From Patescibacteria group bacterium (lineage in GTDB: Bacteria > Patescibacteriota > Dojkabacteria > JAKAPS01): DNA of 63,246 bases. This document shows, piece after piece, positions 36,825 to 46,407 of the stretch; position 1 is the first letter of the stretch, and each line of letters starts with the position of its first letter. Under the pieces are notes generated by a model. It worked only from the letters and a program-made list of their open reading frames with translations, ran no database searches and was not told the DNA's origin. The stretch covers positions 1 through 63,246 of the forward strand of contig JANWIC010000006.1 in assembly GCA_025450075.1 (NCBI GenBank). Direction: 5' to 3'. Position numbers and translations under genes: made by a program.

Positions 36825-37817
36825 TCATTCGATTGTAGGTAATAATAATTGAGTAAGAAGGTTTGCAATATCCCTCATATTTTTTATGATATCAGGATTA
36901 GTTGTTGAGGGTATTCCATACAAATTGTAATCATCCAAGCCACTTCTTACCATAACGAGGAAACGTACAAACGGTATTGCATAGCCTCCATATGAATAAT
37001 GCTCTCTGGAAAATGTAAATACATTTCCATCTCTTAACATTATTTCTTCATTTGCCATTCTTGAACCTCCTTTAAATACCATTTTGCTTGAATAACTGTG
37101 ATCACTGGTAATATTTTGAACAAATAATGATATTTTTAATTCATTGTTAAAGGCAATAAGAATGTGAAATTCCTTTAATTTTAACAGCTGTTCTGCAATA
37201 AGTGATGCCTTCGCTATTCCTTCAATACTAATAAAAGGAGATAAGGTCAGATTCGATCTTTCTTGTAACATCATCAATACTTCTGCGATTCTCTCACAGT
37301 CTACATTTACAGTTGATTGATCTAATCCATCTTTTAGAGGAACAAATATGCACATATTATTTACGGCTCTTTCTCTTTGAAGGGAGTCCGCAATTCTACT
37401 TTCAATTTGTGTGGATCCATTATCATCACTTACTGAAAGTAAAAAAGGATAAAATTTGTTGTTTATAAAACCAACAAATATTTGTTTTCCCGTAAAACCA
37501 CTTCCCCATCTGTATTCTTCTCCCAGACCAAATCTTCTTGACCAGCCGGCATTAAACTGAGAGATTGGATGAAAAAGATCATTGAATATCCTTTCCATAA
37601 GTTTATTAAATTCCACTTCTGAAAGTTGAGTCGGATTCAGTGAATAGTGTTGATATGGCCTGGGATATTTGCCAATATTGATTTCCCATAAAGTTTGAAT
37701 TAATTCATCCCAATTCATTGGAACTCCATCATATCCTTGTAGTAGAGTGATTTTATCAGGGTTCAAACTATCAAGAGTAAATAATTTTTCATCACTCCAT
37801 TCTACAGCTTCTGACAT
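36825..37817 (-). CDS. hypothetical protein (orphan, 330 aa)
   Basis: Uninterrupted ORF, 48 nt upstream of the nucleosidase gene on the same strand. A TATAAT-like box lies 9 nt upstream of the ATG. Confidence 0.7.
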   Translation of the reverse strand: MSEAVEWSDEKLFTLDSLNPDKITLLQGYDGVPMNWDELIQTLWEINIGKYPRPYQHYSLNPTQLSEVEFNKLMERIFNDLFHPISQFNAGWSRRFGLGEEYRWGSGFTGKQIFVGFINNKFYPFLLSVSDDNGSTQIESRIADSLQRERAVNNMCIFVPLKDGLDQSTVNVDCERIAEVLMMLQERSNLTLSPFISIEGIAKASLIAEQLLKLKEFHILIAFNNELKISLFVQNITSDHSYSSKMVFKGGSRMANEEIMLRDGNVFTFSREHYSYGGYAIPFVRFLVMVRSGLDDYNLYGIPSTTNPDIIKNMRDIANLLTQLLLPTIE

Positions 37818-37989
37818 AAGGGTATGATTATAATTGAGATTATATCAAATTTCATGATGTAATAAATGAATTCATAAGTCATAACAGGCTTGCTCTAGAT
37901 TTTTATGCTGGTAATCTAATGAATATTATTTGGATAGTTGTTGAGTTGTTTTAGATATGATATATTAGCCATATTATTATATCGTCCTT

Positions 37990-38451
37990 ATGGAACCATT
38001 TACAGTTCTTCTTGCCCAAAGTTCTGATACATTTACTTCCACCACTCCGACAATAGATCCATCTGCTGCTACAGGCATTGTAGTAGCATTTTTAATCTTT
38101 GAACTCATTTTCTTTATTGCAGGATTTGTATTGTTTATCTTCCATATGATTTCTTTATATAGCTGGGGAACTACAGATGCAAAGTACTTTGTAAATGGTA
38201 AAACATCTAAATCAAACTGGTTTTGGGTTTTGAACTTAGTCCCATTTGGATCAACTGTATATTTTTTTAAGACTAGAAAACAAGTTGCAGCTGCTGAACG
38301 AGCTGACAGACAAAATAGCCAGGGATACGCAAATAATCAAGGATATTCACAGCCTCCTATGTATAATCAGCAACCAAATCCATATAACCAGCCTCCACAA
38401 GCACCTCAACCACCACAAGGATATCCTCAAACTCCTAATCAGGGAATGTAG
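37990..38451 (+). CDS. 2-TM membrane protein with Pro/Gln/Asn-rich C-terminal tail
   Basis: TM helices at ~27-55 and ~75-93. Tail QGYANNQGYSQPPMYNQQPNPYNQPPQAPQPPQGYPQTPNQGM (nt 38311-38448). Confidence 0.6.
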   Translation: MEPFTVLLAQSSDTFTSTTPTIDPSAATGIVVAFLIFELIFFIAGFVLFIFHMISLYSWGTTDAKYFVNGKTSKSNWFWVLNLVPFGSTVYFFKTRKQVAAAERADRQNSQGYANNQGYSQPPMYNQQPNPYNQPPQAPQPPQGYPQTPNQGM

Positions 38452-38653
38452 GATTGGTTATTTGTGCGAAGAAAGATAGCAATATTATATATATCGATTA
38501 GAAATAGCTAATTCAATTCATTATCGTTTTATCTATTATACCTCTAACTTTGTATTAAAGGAGATACACAATCTGAAACTGGAAAGTTGACTTGAATACC
38601 AATGTAGTCGGGGAAACGACTTCAATGTGACACTGTGTTTTGCATAAAGTATA

Positions 38654-39559
38654 ATGCTGGATATGCGAAAAGACTCAACAAACAATCAGGAATATGGATT
38701 GCTTCCAATGCCGGATTCATCTCACAAAGTACGTCAGTATAAGGTGAAGGTAAAGCAAGCCTTATACGTACCAACGCAAAAAATTGCAAAATTGTTTAAA
38801 AAATCAACATTTGATTCTCATATTTGGGTAACAAGTGATATAGATCTCCTCCTTCAGGCAATATCTCATTATGGAAAGATAGGACCACGAAAAGCTGAAG
38901 GAAAATACAAAGGACTCGAGGGTGATCCAACAAGACAACAAATCATTTTGTATACGTTAGTCCTTGATAAAGATTTAGAACACATCCTTTTCTATACCCG
39001 TTCATCACCTCAAAGTGTATCTTCTTCTCAAATTAACCTTCTTGGTGATAAAAGATTGCAAGGAAAGGGATCAATTGGTTTTGGTGGCCACATCGAACAT
39101 ATCGACCAATTTCAGTGGAAAGTACTTGCACTTCTCATTCCTGGATTTTATGAACAAATTAGAAAAACATTATCTTTAGAAATTGCTAGAATTCGAGAGT
39201 TTGAGGAAGAATTAGGTATAAATGGCACAGATCTTGCGCATTTCTTCCTTGCTACTGCGTTTCGTCAGGTATATACAAAAGAAGAATTACAAGAAGATAT
39301 ACCGGTAGGTGCCGTCCATACATGTATCTGTGCTGTTGCAATACTTGATACACAAAAACTGTTGGCTGAAAATCGTTCACTTATTTTCCAGAAATCAGAA
39401 ATAGCTTCATTGGAATGGATCAAGGTAAAAGAATTGAAAAAATTATTAGAACGATTTGAAAATGATGGAGGAGAAATTGAAGAATGGTCTCAAATCCTCA
39501 TTCACCTTTTTCCTGATATTTTACAAGAAGCAAAAAGAATGGTAAAGAATAAAAGATAA
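38654..39559 (+). CDS. long NUDIX-like protein with an interrupted Nudix box
   Basis: GSIGFGGHIEH ... (~30-aa insertion) ... IARIREFEEELGI resembles a split G-x5-E-x7-REUxEExGU motif. TATAAT (38650-38655) overlaps the first ATG, so ATG 38663 may be the real (leaderless) start. Confidence 0.5.
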   Translation: MLDMRKDSTNNQEYGLLPMPDSSHKVRQYKVKVKQALYVPTQKIAKLFKKSTFDSHIWVTSDIDLLLQAISHYGKIGPRKAEGKYKGLEGDPTRQQIILYTLVLDKDLEHILFYTRSSPQSVSSSQINLLGDKRLQGKGSIGFGGHIEHIDQFQWKVLALLIPGFYEQIRKTLSLEIARIREFEEELGINGTDLAHFFLATAFRQVYTKEELQEDIPVGAVHTCICAVAILDTQKLLAENRSLIFQKSEIASLEWIKVKELKKLLERFENDGGEIEEWSQILIHLFPDILQEAKRMVKNKR

Positions 39560-39590
39560 TAATTCTTTTCCATTCTTTTTTTGAAACTCA

Positions 39591-40067
39591 TTATTGTAAT
39601 AATTTTGAATTAAATTTTAGAATACTTCGCATGCTATACCATTGTCCTGCATCTACAACTATGAGGCCTAAAAAGATAATGAAATAAATGATATGCTCAT
39701 CTAAGAATGGATTTTGCTGAGGCGGAAATACTGCTAGCCACATGAGTGTGATGAATAATAATCCGCAAATACTTGCAAACCTGACAGTAACTCCTAGAAG
39801 TAGCGATAACCCTATCCCACCTAATCCCAACATAAAAAGCCAGTCAACAAGAGGATTCCCTGCAAATGGATGAAAGAGGGTACTAAAAGGTCCTGTTATT
39901 CCTTTATTTAAAAAATGTGCAGTAGGAGAAATCCCATGAGACCATGAAGCAGCAGCTTTAGTACTAAATCCCAATCCAAATACTTTATCGATAAATGCCC
40001 AGAAAAAAGTCCATCCAAGGGATAGACGAAGGAGAGTCCAAATAAGTTGTTCTGATTTCGATTTCAT
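39591..40067 (-). CDS. DoxX-family membrane protein
   Basis: 158 aa, 4 TM. LLRLSLGWTFFWAFIDKVFG N-terminal pattern typical of DoxX/DoxD. Confidence 0.6.
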   Translation of the reverse strand: MKSKSEQLIWTLLRLSLGWTFFWAFIDKVFGLGFSTKAAASWSHGISPTAHFLNKGITGPFSTLFHPFAGNPLVDWLFMLGLGGIGLSLLLGVTVRFASICGLLFITLMWLAVFPPQQNPFLDEHIIYFIIFLGLIVVDAGQWYSMRSILKFNSKLLQ

Positions 40068-40130
40068 AAAAAACAGATGAGATAATACTTCTATACTAGA
40101 GACTGGAAATGAAATATACAGTGACCAGTG

Positions 40131-40511
40131 TCACAATGTGGCAATTATTCGAGAAATAATCTCTGGACGAAGATCAATACTTGCTAATTGTGATAATGGG
40201 AGCCATTCAAGATCATAAGTATTGGATGGAGATTTCTTTTTAAAATCATCTGCTTGTGGAAGTCCTATAAAATCAGTGATGAGAAAGTAAATTTCAGGAT
40301 TTTCTTTATCTTCAATTATATAAAATTCCTGCAAACGGTTTACCTGCAAAGTTGTTTCTTCTTTAATTTCCCGAATACAGGCATTTTCTGGAGTCTCCCC
40401 TTCTTTGACACCTCCACCAGGTAATACATAAAATAGTTCACCGTTTTTATTTCTTTTAATGAGAAGAATATTCCTCCCTTTTATTATGATGCCAACAGAT
40501 CTTGTTCTCAA
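40131..40511 (-). CDS. NUDIX hydrolase (MutT-like)
   Basis: Nudix box GGGVKEGETPENACIREIKEETTL. TTG start 2 nt after the upstream TAA. Confidence 0.85.
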   Translation of the reverse strand: MRTRSVGIIIKGRNILLIKRNKNGELFYVLPGGGVKEGETPENACIREIKEETTLQVNRLQEFYIIEDKENPEIYFLITDFIGLPQADDFKKKSPSNTYDLEWLPLSQLASIDLRPEIISRIIATL

Positions 40512-40513
40512 TT

Positions 40514-41527
40514 TTATTGATTGGTGAGATAAGGCAAAATACTTTTTAATTTTTGGACTAGACCTCTTTTAAATTCAGTTTCAGCCCATTTTCGCTTAAG
40601 TCTATCCATGACTTCCTCAACAAAGTTTTTTGATCCTGGAATTGGTTCACCATACTCATCTAAATTTTTCGGAAGTGGAATAGGTACTATCCTCGTATAT
40701 CCGAATGTTATGACATCACCATTTGGATTGATAATTGCACCAATAACCAAATGGCTAAAATGAGGAGGATAACCTTCATTTACTAACCTTCGGTTATCCC
40801 AAGTTGGAGGAACAATTCCGATTTTTTCAATTACTGTAAATCCACGGGGAAGAATTCTTCCATTTTGCAAATTCGGGAATATGCCAATTGCGTACGAATT
40901 ATTATTTCTCATAGCATTGAACATGATTTGGTGATATTGATACAATAAGTTTTCAGATTCATTTACTCGTTGTATAAATCCGGCAAAATATTTAACTAGA
41001 TCATACAGGGTTGCTGTATTCCCTCCTTCTGAAAGAAGCATTCCATGGTTTAGTGAAGAAGGAAGAAGAGTTGTAGATGGCATCCATTCTTGGACTCTCC
41101 TTTGCATTTCATCAAATCCTATGAGTTGAATGAGGTATTCTCTTGCATCCCTAAATGCTATTTCAGAAGAGGTATGAAGTGCTAATTGGCAAAATTCATT
41201 AAAACTTAACTTTACCTCCCCTTCTTGATAAGAAGGATTCCACAATCCTCTTGTTTCGTTTCTAAATGCCTCAAAATTAGCAATTGGAATAATTGGAGTT
41301 TGTGGATCGATGTTCATTTTTGCCAATTCTGTTGCTAGCATCTCAGCTATAGGGACTTTTACCGTGCATGCCATTGGAATTGGAATAGCATCTTCTTTAG
41401 TTGAAGATATAGGATTTCCATTTAGAAAGGCTTCAAATCCTTCATGAAATGGAGTAAATTGATCTTGTAAAGATTCACCATTTCTATCTGCATTTTGCTG
41501 GTATTGACTTAAAGTTTCCCTAGCCAA
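40514..41527 (-). CDS. hypothetical protein (orphan, 337 aa, TTG start)
   Basis: Uninterrupted ORF with no recognisable motif, tightly coupled to the downstream NUDIX gene. Confidence 0.7.
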   Translation of the reverse strand: MARETLSQYQQNADRNGESLQDQFTPFHEGFEAFLNGNPISSTKEDAIPIPMACTVKVPIAEMLATELAKMNIDPQTPIIPIANFEAFRNETRGLWNPSYQEGEVKLSFNEFCQLALHTSSEIAFRDAREYLIQLIGFDEMQRRVQEWMPSTTLLPSSLNHGMLLSEGGNTATLYDLVKYFAGFIQRVNESENLLYQYHQIMFNAMRNNNSYAIGIFPNLQNGRILPRGFTVIEKIGIVPPTWDNRRLVNEGYPPHFSHLVIGAIINPNGDVITFGYTRIVPIPLPKNLDEYGEPIPGSKNFVEEVMDRLKRKWAETEFKRGLVQKLKSILPYLTNQ

Positions 41528-41646
41528 TCGTTCTATATTTATATCGCCATGCTTTTCAATTGGATATTATAGGCTATATGCATATTATATTAACATAAGG
41601 ATATAAATGCAAATAGGATTGGATAAAAATTTCACCTAAACATATA

Positions 41647-42297
41647 TTATCCTTCTACCTCAACAGCTTCAGGAATTTTAATTATTGAATATAGTTCAAG
41701 AAATTGGAGGATGTTATTAAATAATATTGTATGTCCTTCATCATTTGGATGTACTACATCAACTAACATATCAACATAATTGGATTGAGAAAGGTCATCG
41801 AAAAGTTCGAGCTTTGGTACTTCTTTTGCTTTACATACTTCAGTAATATACCCATCATATTTTCTAACTTCCTCATTAGTAAAAAGTAATTTCTTTGATT
41901 TAATTGGTTTAACAGGAGTTAAACCTATTACACCTATGTTACAACCTTTCTGTTTTGCAATATCAATCATTTTTTCAAAAGCTTCTTTGTATAATTGTTC
42001 GGGAGTTTGCATTTGGGTCATCCAGTTATTCGGACAGCTATCATTAATACCAACTGCTATTATTACAGAATATGTAGTATCATCTTGAGTAAGTCTGATA
42101 GATATTTCATTTTCGAATCTTGTGACTTGATGTATTGCAACTTCTCCTGGTATTCCAAGGTTATATACTTGATAATTACCTCCTTTACCAATATTGTAAT
42201 TGGTATCGATATGTTTTCTTAATCTGTAAACCCAACCACCTTCACTATCCCATTTTCCATACGCTATACTATCTCCAATAACAATAATTTTCCCCAT
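41647..42297 (-). CDS. SGNH/GDSL-family hydrolase
   Basis: Block I VIGDSIAYG, block III GINDS and block V DVVHPN. Confidence 0.8.
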   Translation of the reverse strand: MGKIIVIGDSIAYGKWDSEGGWVYRLRKHIDTNYNIGKGGNYQVYNLGIPGEVAIHQVTRFENEISIRLTQDDTTYSVIIAVGINDSCPNNWMTQMQTPEQLYKEAFEKMIDIAKQKGCNIGVIGLTPVKPIKSKKLLFTNEEVRKYDGYITEVCKAKEVPKLELFDDLSQSNYVDMLVDVVHPNDEGHTILFNNILQFLELYSIIKIPEAVEVEG

Positions 42298-42398
42298 TCT
42301 TTTTAAGTAATATATAGATTAACGGAATTTATGAGTATTTTTCCTTGAAGAATCAATTGCATATTGTTTTCCTTTTTTATCTTTGGTATTGTTCATCA

Positions 42399-43121
42399 TT
42401 ATTCTTGTAGTTGATTAATGAGATCTAATCTCTTTACATTAACCTTCTTATTTCTCGTCAGCATAAATATAATAGCCTCGACTGATTCTTGAGGATCAAA
42501 CATCCAAAGTTCATGTTTTTCATAATCAATCCCTGATTTTTTAAATAGATCGGTTTCCATTCCGCCAGGATAATATCCCATGACTCTCATATTCCTGTTG
42601 TCAAATTCTTTTGCTAATGCTTCAGTGAATCCCTGCAATCCGAATTTTACTCCAGAATAGATAGTGTGAAAATATCCTGCAGGTATTTCAACTCCTGCTA
42701 TACTTGCGATATTCACAATTTGGCCAAATTCAGATTTAAAAAGATTTGGAAGAAGTATACGTGTTATTAACATAGGTGCTAGCAGATTTACATGAGTTTG
42801 CTCAATTATTTTTTCAGGGGTTGTATCTATGGTATCTCCTTCAAGCCATACTCCTGCATTATTGATAAGAATATCAAGAGAGCCTGATATTGTTGAAAAT
42901 ACTTCTTGTATTGCTTGTGAGTTAATTAGATCGCATACAATTGGTTTTTCACTTATGGAGAGATTTTGTTCTTTTAGGATTTGTACTAAAGATGCAACTT
43001 TTTCCTCATTTCTTCCGTGTAATATTACATTAGCTCCTCTTTTTAGCATTGCAATTGCAAGCAGTTTTCCTAATCCATCAGTCGATCCAGTAACGAGTAC
43101 TCGTTTGTTTTTTAGTTCCAT
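42399..43121 (-). CDS. short-chain dehydrogenase/reductase
   Basis: VLVTGSTDGLGK cofactor motif, NNAG, and catalytic YSGVK. Confidence 0.9.
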   Translation of the reverse strand: MELKNKRVLVTGSTDGLGKLLAIAMLKRGANVILHGRNEEKVASLVQILKEQNLSISEKPIVCDLINSQAIQEVFSTISGSLDILINNAGVWLEGDTIDTTPEKIIEQTHVNLLAPMLITRILLPNLFKSEFGQIVNIASIAGVEIPAGYFHTIYSGVKFGLQGFTEALAKEFDNRNMRVMGYYPGGMETDLFKKSGIDYEKHELWMFDPQESVEAIIFMLTRNKKVNVKRLDLINQLQE

Positions 43122-43136
43122 AAATGTATTGATAAA

Positions 43137-43667
43137 TTATAATGTTATTTTCCAGACGGGGGCATGATGGCCTACTCCATAATAACCATATGCTATTGTA
43201 ATTGGTTCGCCAATTGTCTTTTTATAAAAACCCCATCCGGTTATTTCATATCGAGGACCACTGTTAAGAATTATTTCAGTAAAACCTAAATCTTTTGCGC
43301 GTTTTTTGATTGAATCCAAAAGAGCACGTCCGACACCTTTACTATCTGCATGTTGAGATCGAAAAGCATTTACCAGTTCAGCCGAGTTAGCATCGGGGGT
43401 TGCAAATTCAATCATTTTATCTTCAGGTTTTCGTATTCCCATCACTCCGATGGCAATTCCATTTGTATTTCGTGCCACAAGATAGGTATAACCGTTATTA
43501 TGCATGCTCCCTTCCATACGCATTCGTATTTCCTCAAGTTCTTCCAGCTTGTCCATATTTTCATCAGGAATCCAGGATCCAATTATTTCCAGTAAGAAGT
43601 CAATATCTCTTAATTCCAGCTCGTCTACTGTGAATTGTTGTGGTTCAACACTGTGTGTTTCACTCAT
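43137..43667 (-). CDS. GNAT-family N-acetyltransferase
   Basis: Acetyl-CoA motif A context SKGVGRALLDSIKKRAKDLGF. Confidence 0.7.
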   Translation of the reverse strand: MSETHSVEPQQFTVDELELRDIDFLLEIIGSWIPDENMDKLEELEEIRMRMEGSMHNNGYTYLVARNTNGIAIGVMGIRKPEDKMIEFATPDANSAELVNAFRSQHADSKGVGRALLDSIKKRAKDLGFTEIILNSGPRYEITGWGFYKKTIGEPITIAYGYYGVGHHAPVWKITL

Positions 43668-44077
43668 TCTTGTGGCTGTAAAGTACCCATAAATTGCCAG
43701 GCATTTCCTTCCGGATCTAAAAATGTTGAAACATAAGTGGGATTTTCGTCAGTTGCAAAGGGAGTCAGAACGGGAGGAGTTAAAATTTCACATCCAGCAT
43801 TCCGTACTTTTTCATACCAGTTTTGTACATCATCGGTATATAGGTTATGCATGATACGAAGCGGATCTTTACTCTTCCCTTTTACTTTAGAATGTTTCCC
43901 AATCCATACTTGCATGGTAGGAGTTAGTTGGAACTCATAGCCAAAATCTGCCATTCTTCCATTTCGCTCAGGGATATCTATCTTTTCGTTAAGAGGAAGC
44001 TGTAACACATCCCGATAGAATTTCATTAACTCATCAGGTTGTTCTGACCAGATAAGAATATATGTATTTTTAAACAT
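43664..44077 (-). CDS. VOC/glyoxalase-bleomycin-resistance-family protein
   Basis: 137 aa. FYRDVLQLPL near the N-terminus and DPEGNAWQF near the C-terminus, typical of VOC folds. ATGA overlap with the GNAT gene. Confidence 0.5.
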   Translation of the reverse strand: MFKNTYILIWSEQPDELMKFYRDVLQLPLNEKIDIPERNGRMADFGYEFQLTPTMQVWIGKHSKVKGKSKDPLRIMHNLYTDDVQNWYEKVRNAGCEILTPPVLTPFATDENPTYVSTFLDPEGNAWQFMGTLQPQE

Positions 44078-44162
44078 TGCAGTAAAGATTATATGCGGAT
44101 TATATCTTAAAATTTTTGTTAAGTGTAGAGCTACATATAGCTAAACATTACCCATCTATTAA

Positions 44163-44831
44163 TTAGATTAAAGTAAAAAAGATGATAACAAGAAGTGCCG
44201 GTAGAAGATTCGTCACCTTAATCTTTTTTATATCAAGCAAGCCTAACGCAACTGCAAGAACAAGTATTCCTCCTGTTGCTGTTATTTGTGTGATCAGAAG
44301 TGGTGAAAATACATTATGGAAATATAATGCAAGTACTGTAATGCCTCCCTGAAAAAGAAATAGCGGAATAACTGAAAATATCACTCCAATCCCGTATGTT
44401 GATGCTAGTGCGATTGATGAAAATCCGTCAAGGGTCGCTTTGGTCAGAAGAAGCGTATGGTCTGATCGAAGGCCTTCATTTAATGATCCAACTATTGTCA
44501 TAGATCCTATACAAAAAAGAAGAAAAGCGGTAATCAATCCTTCAGCAAAAATATTATCTGTCTCTTTTTTTTGAAAAAAGGCGATAAGTTTATTGAGTTT
44601 TTTATCAAGATCAATTGCCTCCCCTATTATTCCTCCGATCAAAACTGCAAATATCAGTGTTAAAAGATTTGTAACTTTTAGTGTCATTTGCATACCTATT
44701 ACAAATGTGCAAAGCCCAAGTCCTTGGAAAATAATGTTCTTTATCTTATCCGGAAACCGATTATGAAGAATTAAACCGATTGTACTTCCACATAAGATGG
44801 TTATGACATTTACAATTGTTCCGAGTGGCAT
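44163..44831 (-). CDS. DUF554-family membrane protein
   Basis: MPLGTIVNVITILCGSTIGLIL start typical of DUF554 (YdfK/YqgA-like). ATG 44831 preferred over 44861. Confidence 0.65.
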   Translation of the reverse strand: MPLGTIVNVITILCGSTIGLILHNRFPDKIKNIIFQGLGLCTFVIGMQMTLKVTNLLTLIFAVLIGGIIGEAIDLDKKLNKLIAFFQKKETDNIFAEGLITAFLLFCIGSMTIVGSLNEGLRSDHTLLLTKATLDGFSSIALASTYGIGVIFSVIPLFLFQGGITVLALYFHNVFSPLLITQITATGGILVLAVALGLLDIKKIKVTNLLPALLVIIFFTLI

Positions 44832-45187
44832 GAGTTGTTGCATAAAATAAAATCCCTTCATTTGAAGGGTATCGAGAAGTTTTTACAAGACAATTAGGAT
44901 TACCCTTTGAAAATGGAGGATTGCCAATAAGTATTTGTGAATATTAAAATTATTTTCATTACTGTGAATAATTTGAATATTGTATCATATTGACAGTCAA
45001 ATTAAAATAATTGAGGAAATTATTTTTTCACTTTTCAGTTAAGCTAATATTGGTTAATTAGTTTATATGGCAATTAAAAACAAATACACTTTAATATAAG
45101 TTCGGATATATTTGGTAGTCGGTAATACAGTACTGTCTCATATCAGAAGTGTTAAGAAAATAAATCAAGGAAAATAATCCATTGCAA

Positions 45188-45910
45188 TTATGCAGCATCA
45201 ATATCAGGATATTCCCGTAAGACTTGTAAGCCTTGTCGAATCAGTTCTTGATCATGGTAAGCAAACCCGTCTCCCACTGCCCTTACAAAGATGAGAAGAC
45301 TATCTATTACATGTGTAATTTCTTCTATTCCTATTATTTCCGCTTCAGCAATAAGAAATTGAAATTGAGGATCCAGAAATATCTCCTCAAGTGATCGATG
45401 TAAATTTATTGTTCTTAAAGATGTAGCGAGAGGAAGCAAATTAATGATAATCTCCACTTGTAAGAAATCGAGTAAATCTTCAAAACTTATTGCTTCATCT
45501 ACTGAATCATGATCTAATGCCATAGCAAAACTTCCTGCAATGATAATATTGCATTCTTTGTCGCTTGTATCATTAGGACGACATTTTTGTGCTAAAACCT
45601 CTTCTGCAAAATTTGTATGATAAAGATGTGCAAACGATGCGGTAGAATGCATTGCCCTCACCTCAAGTAAGTCATCATGGTATCTTTGCATTGTTTCATT
45701 AGATACTACACCTTCTCCATGTGGAATATTAAGTAAAGTAATAGGAATTGAGGTATATTTTTGATTCGGTTCATTTTCCTGAAATACAGTTGATGAATAC
45801 ATTAATACTGCAAAGTGCGTTCTTCCAAGAATATATTGTAATAAGAATGCTTCTTGAGGAGATAACCCAATTGTATCCATTATCTTGCATTCCTGGTGAC
45901 CTGCATACAT
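45188..45910 (-). CDS. hypothetical protein (orphan family with a decayed paralogue at 49756-50060)
   Basis: 240-aa ORF. The same frame stays open upstream through a single TGA (45965-45967) to an ATG at 46021. Confidence 0.6.
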   Translation of the reverse strand: MYAGHQECKIMDTIGLSPQEAFLLQYILGRTHFAVLMYSSTVFQENEPNQKYTSIPITLLNIPHGEGVVSNETMQRYHDDLLEVRAMHSTASFAHLYHTNFAEEVLAQKCRPNDTSDKECNIIIAGSFAMALDHDSVDEAISFEDLLDFLQVEIIINLLPLATSLRTINLHRSLEEIFLDPQFQFLIAEAEIIGIEEITHVIDSLLIFVRAVGDGFAYHDQELIRQGLQVLREYPDIDAA

Positions 45911-46407
45911 GATAGTAAGGGCGTGAAGATGTGCATATTGCTTATAGGTGTCGTGAGAATATGGTCATTGTATATTTCTAACATCTGGTAAGATATCATG
46001 CCAAATTGGTTCGGATTCCATGAATTGTAAATAGATTAAAGCAATTATAGCTATTTTGCTTAAAAAAGCAATAAATCATAATATAACAAGAGATGCTAGC
46101 GTTGACGAAATTACGAATGCTGCAAGACGAAAAGATTGTAAAAATTAGCTTAATTCTCATTTTATCTCCAATGCTCTTTGCATATTTCTTTCACCTTTAT
46201 CATCCCAATCAAAGTATTTTTTGTATTCTGTGGGTGTATATATTTAATCTCTGTAACAACTCCATCTGTATTTCAAAATTCTGCAATCATTCTTCAAGTT
46301 AATCAATGCTGCTCAAATTTATTACATCAGGCTAGGATTGGATAAGTATAAAATGGATGCTTAACAAAGATATTGCGTAACTATTGTACGAATGATATGA
46401 TGCTGGT

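Noticed and set aside
45965-45967. Possibility that TGA is a sense codon (code 4 or 25) because of the in-frame TGA upstream of the 240-aa orphan.
   Set aside because: TGA clearly terminates well-supported genes at the expected protein ends (6484 permease, 10853 PAP2, 21329 elongase, 54346 nitroreductase). ORFs of 400-620 codons are intact under the standard code, which would not be expected if TGA were a common sense codon in AT-rich DNA.
46093-46302. 69-codon plus-strand ORF in the 45911-46407 gap.
   Set aside because: The translation is Cys/Phe/Ile-rich and non-protein-like, with no upstream signal and no similarity to anything recognisable. The gap may instead hold unrecognisable relics.
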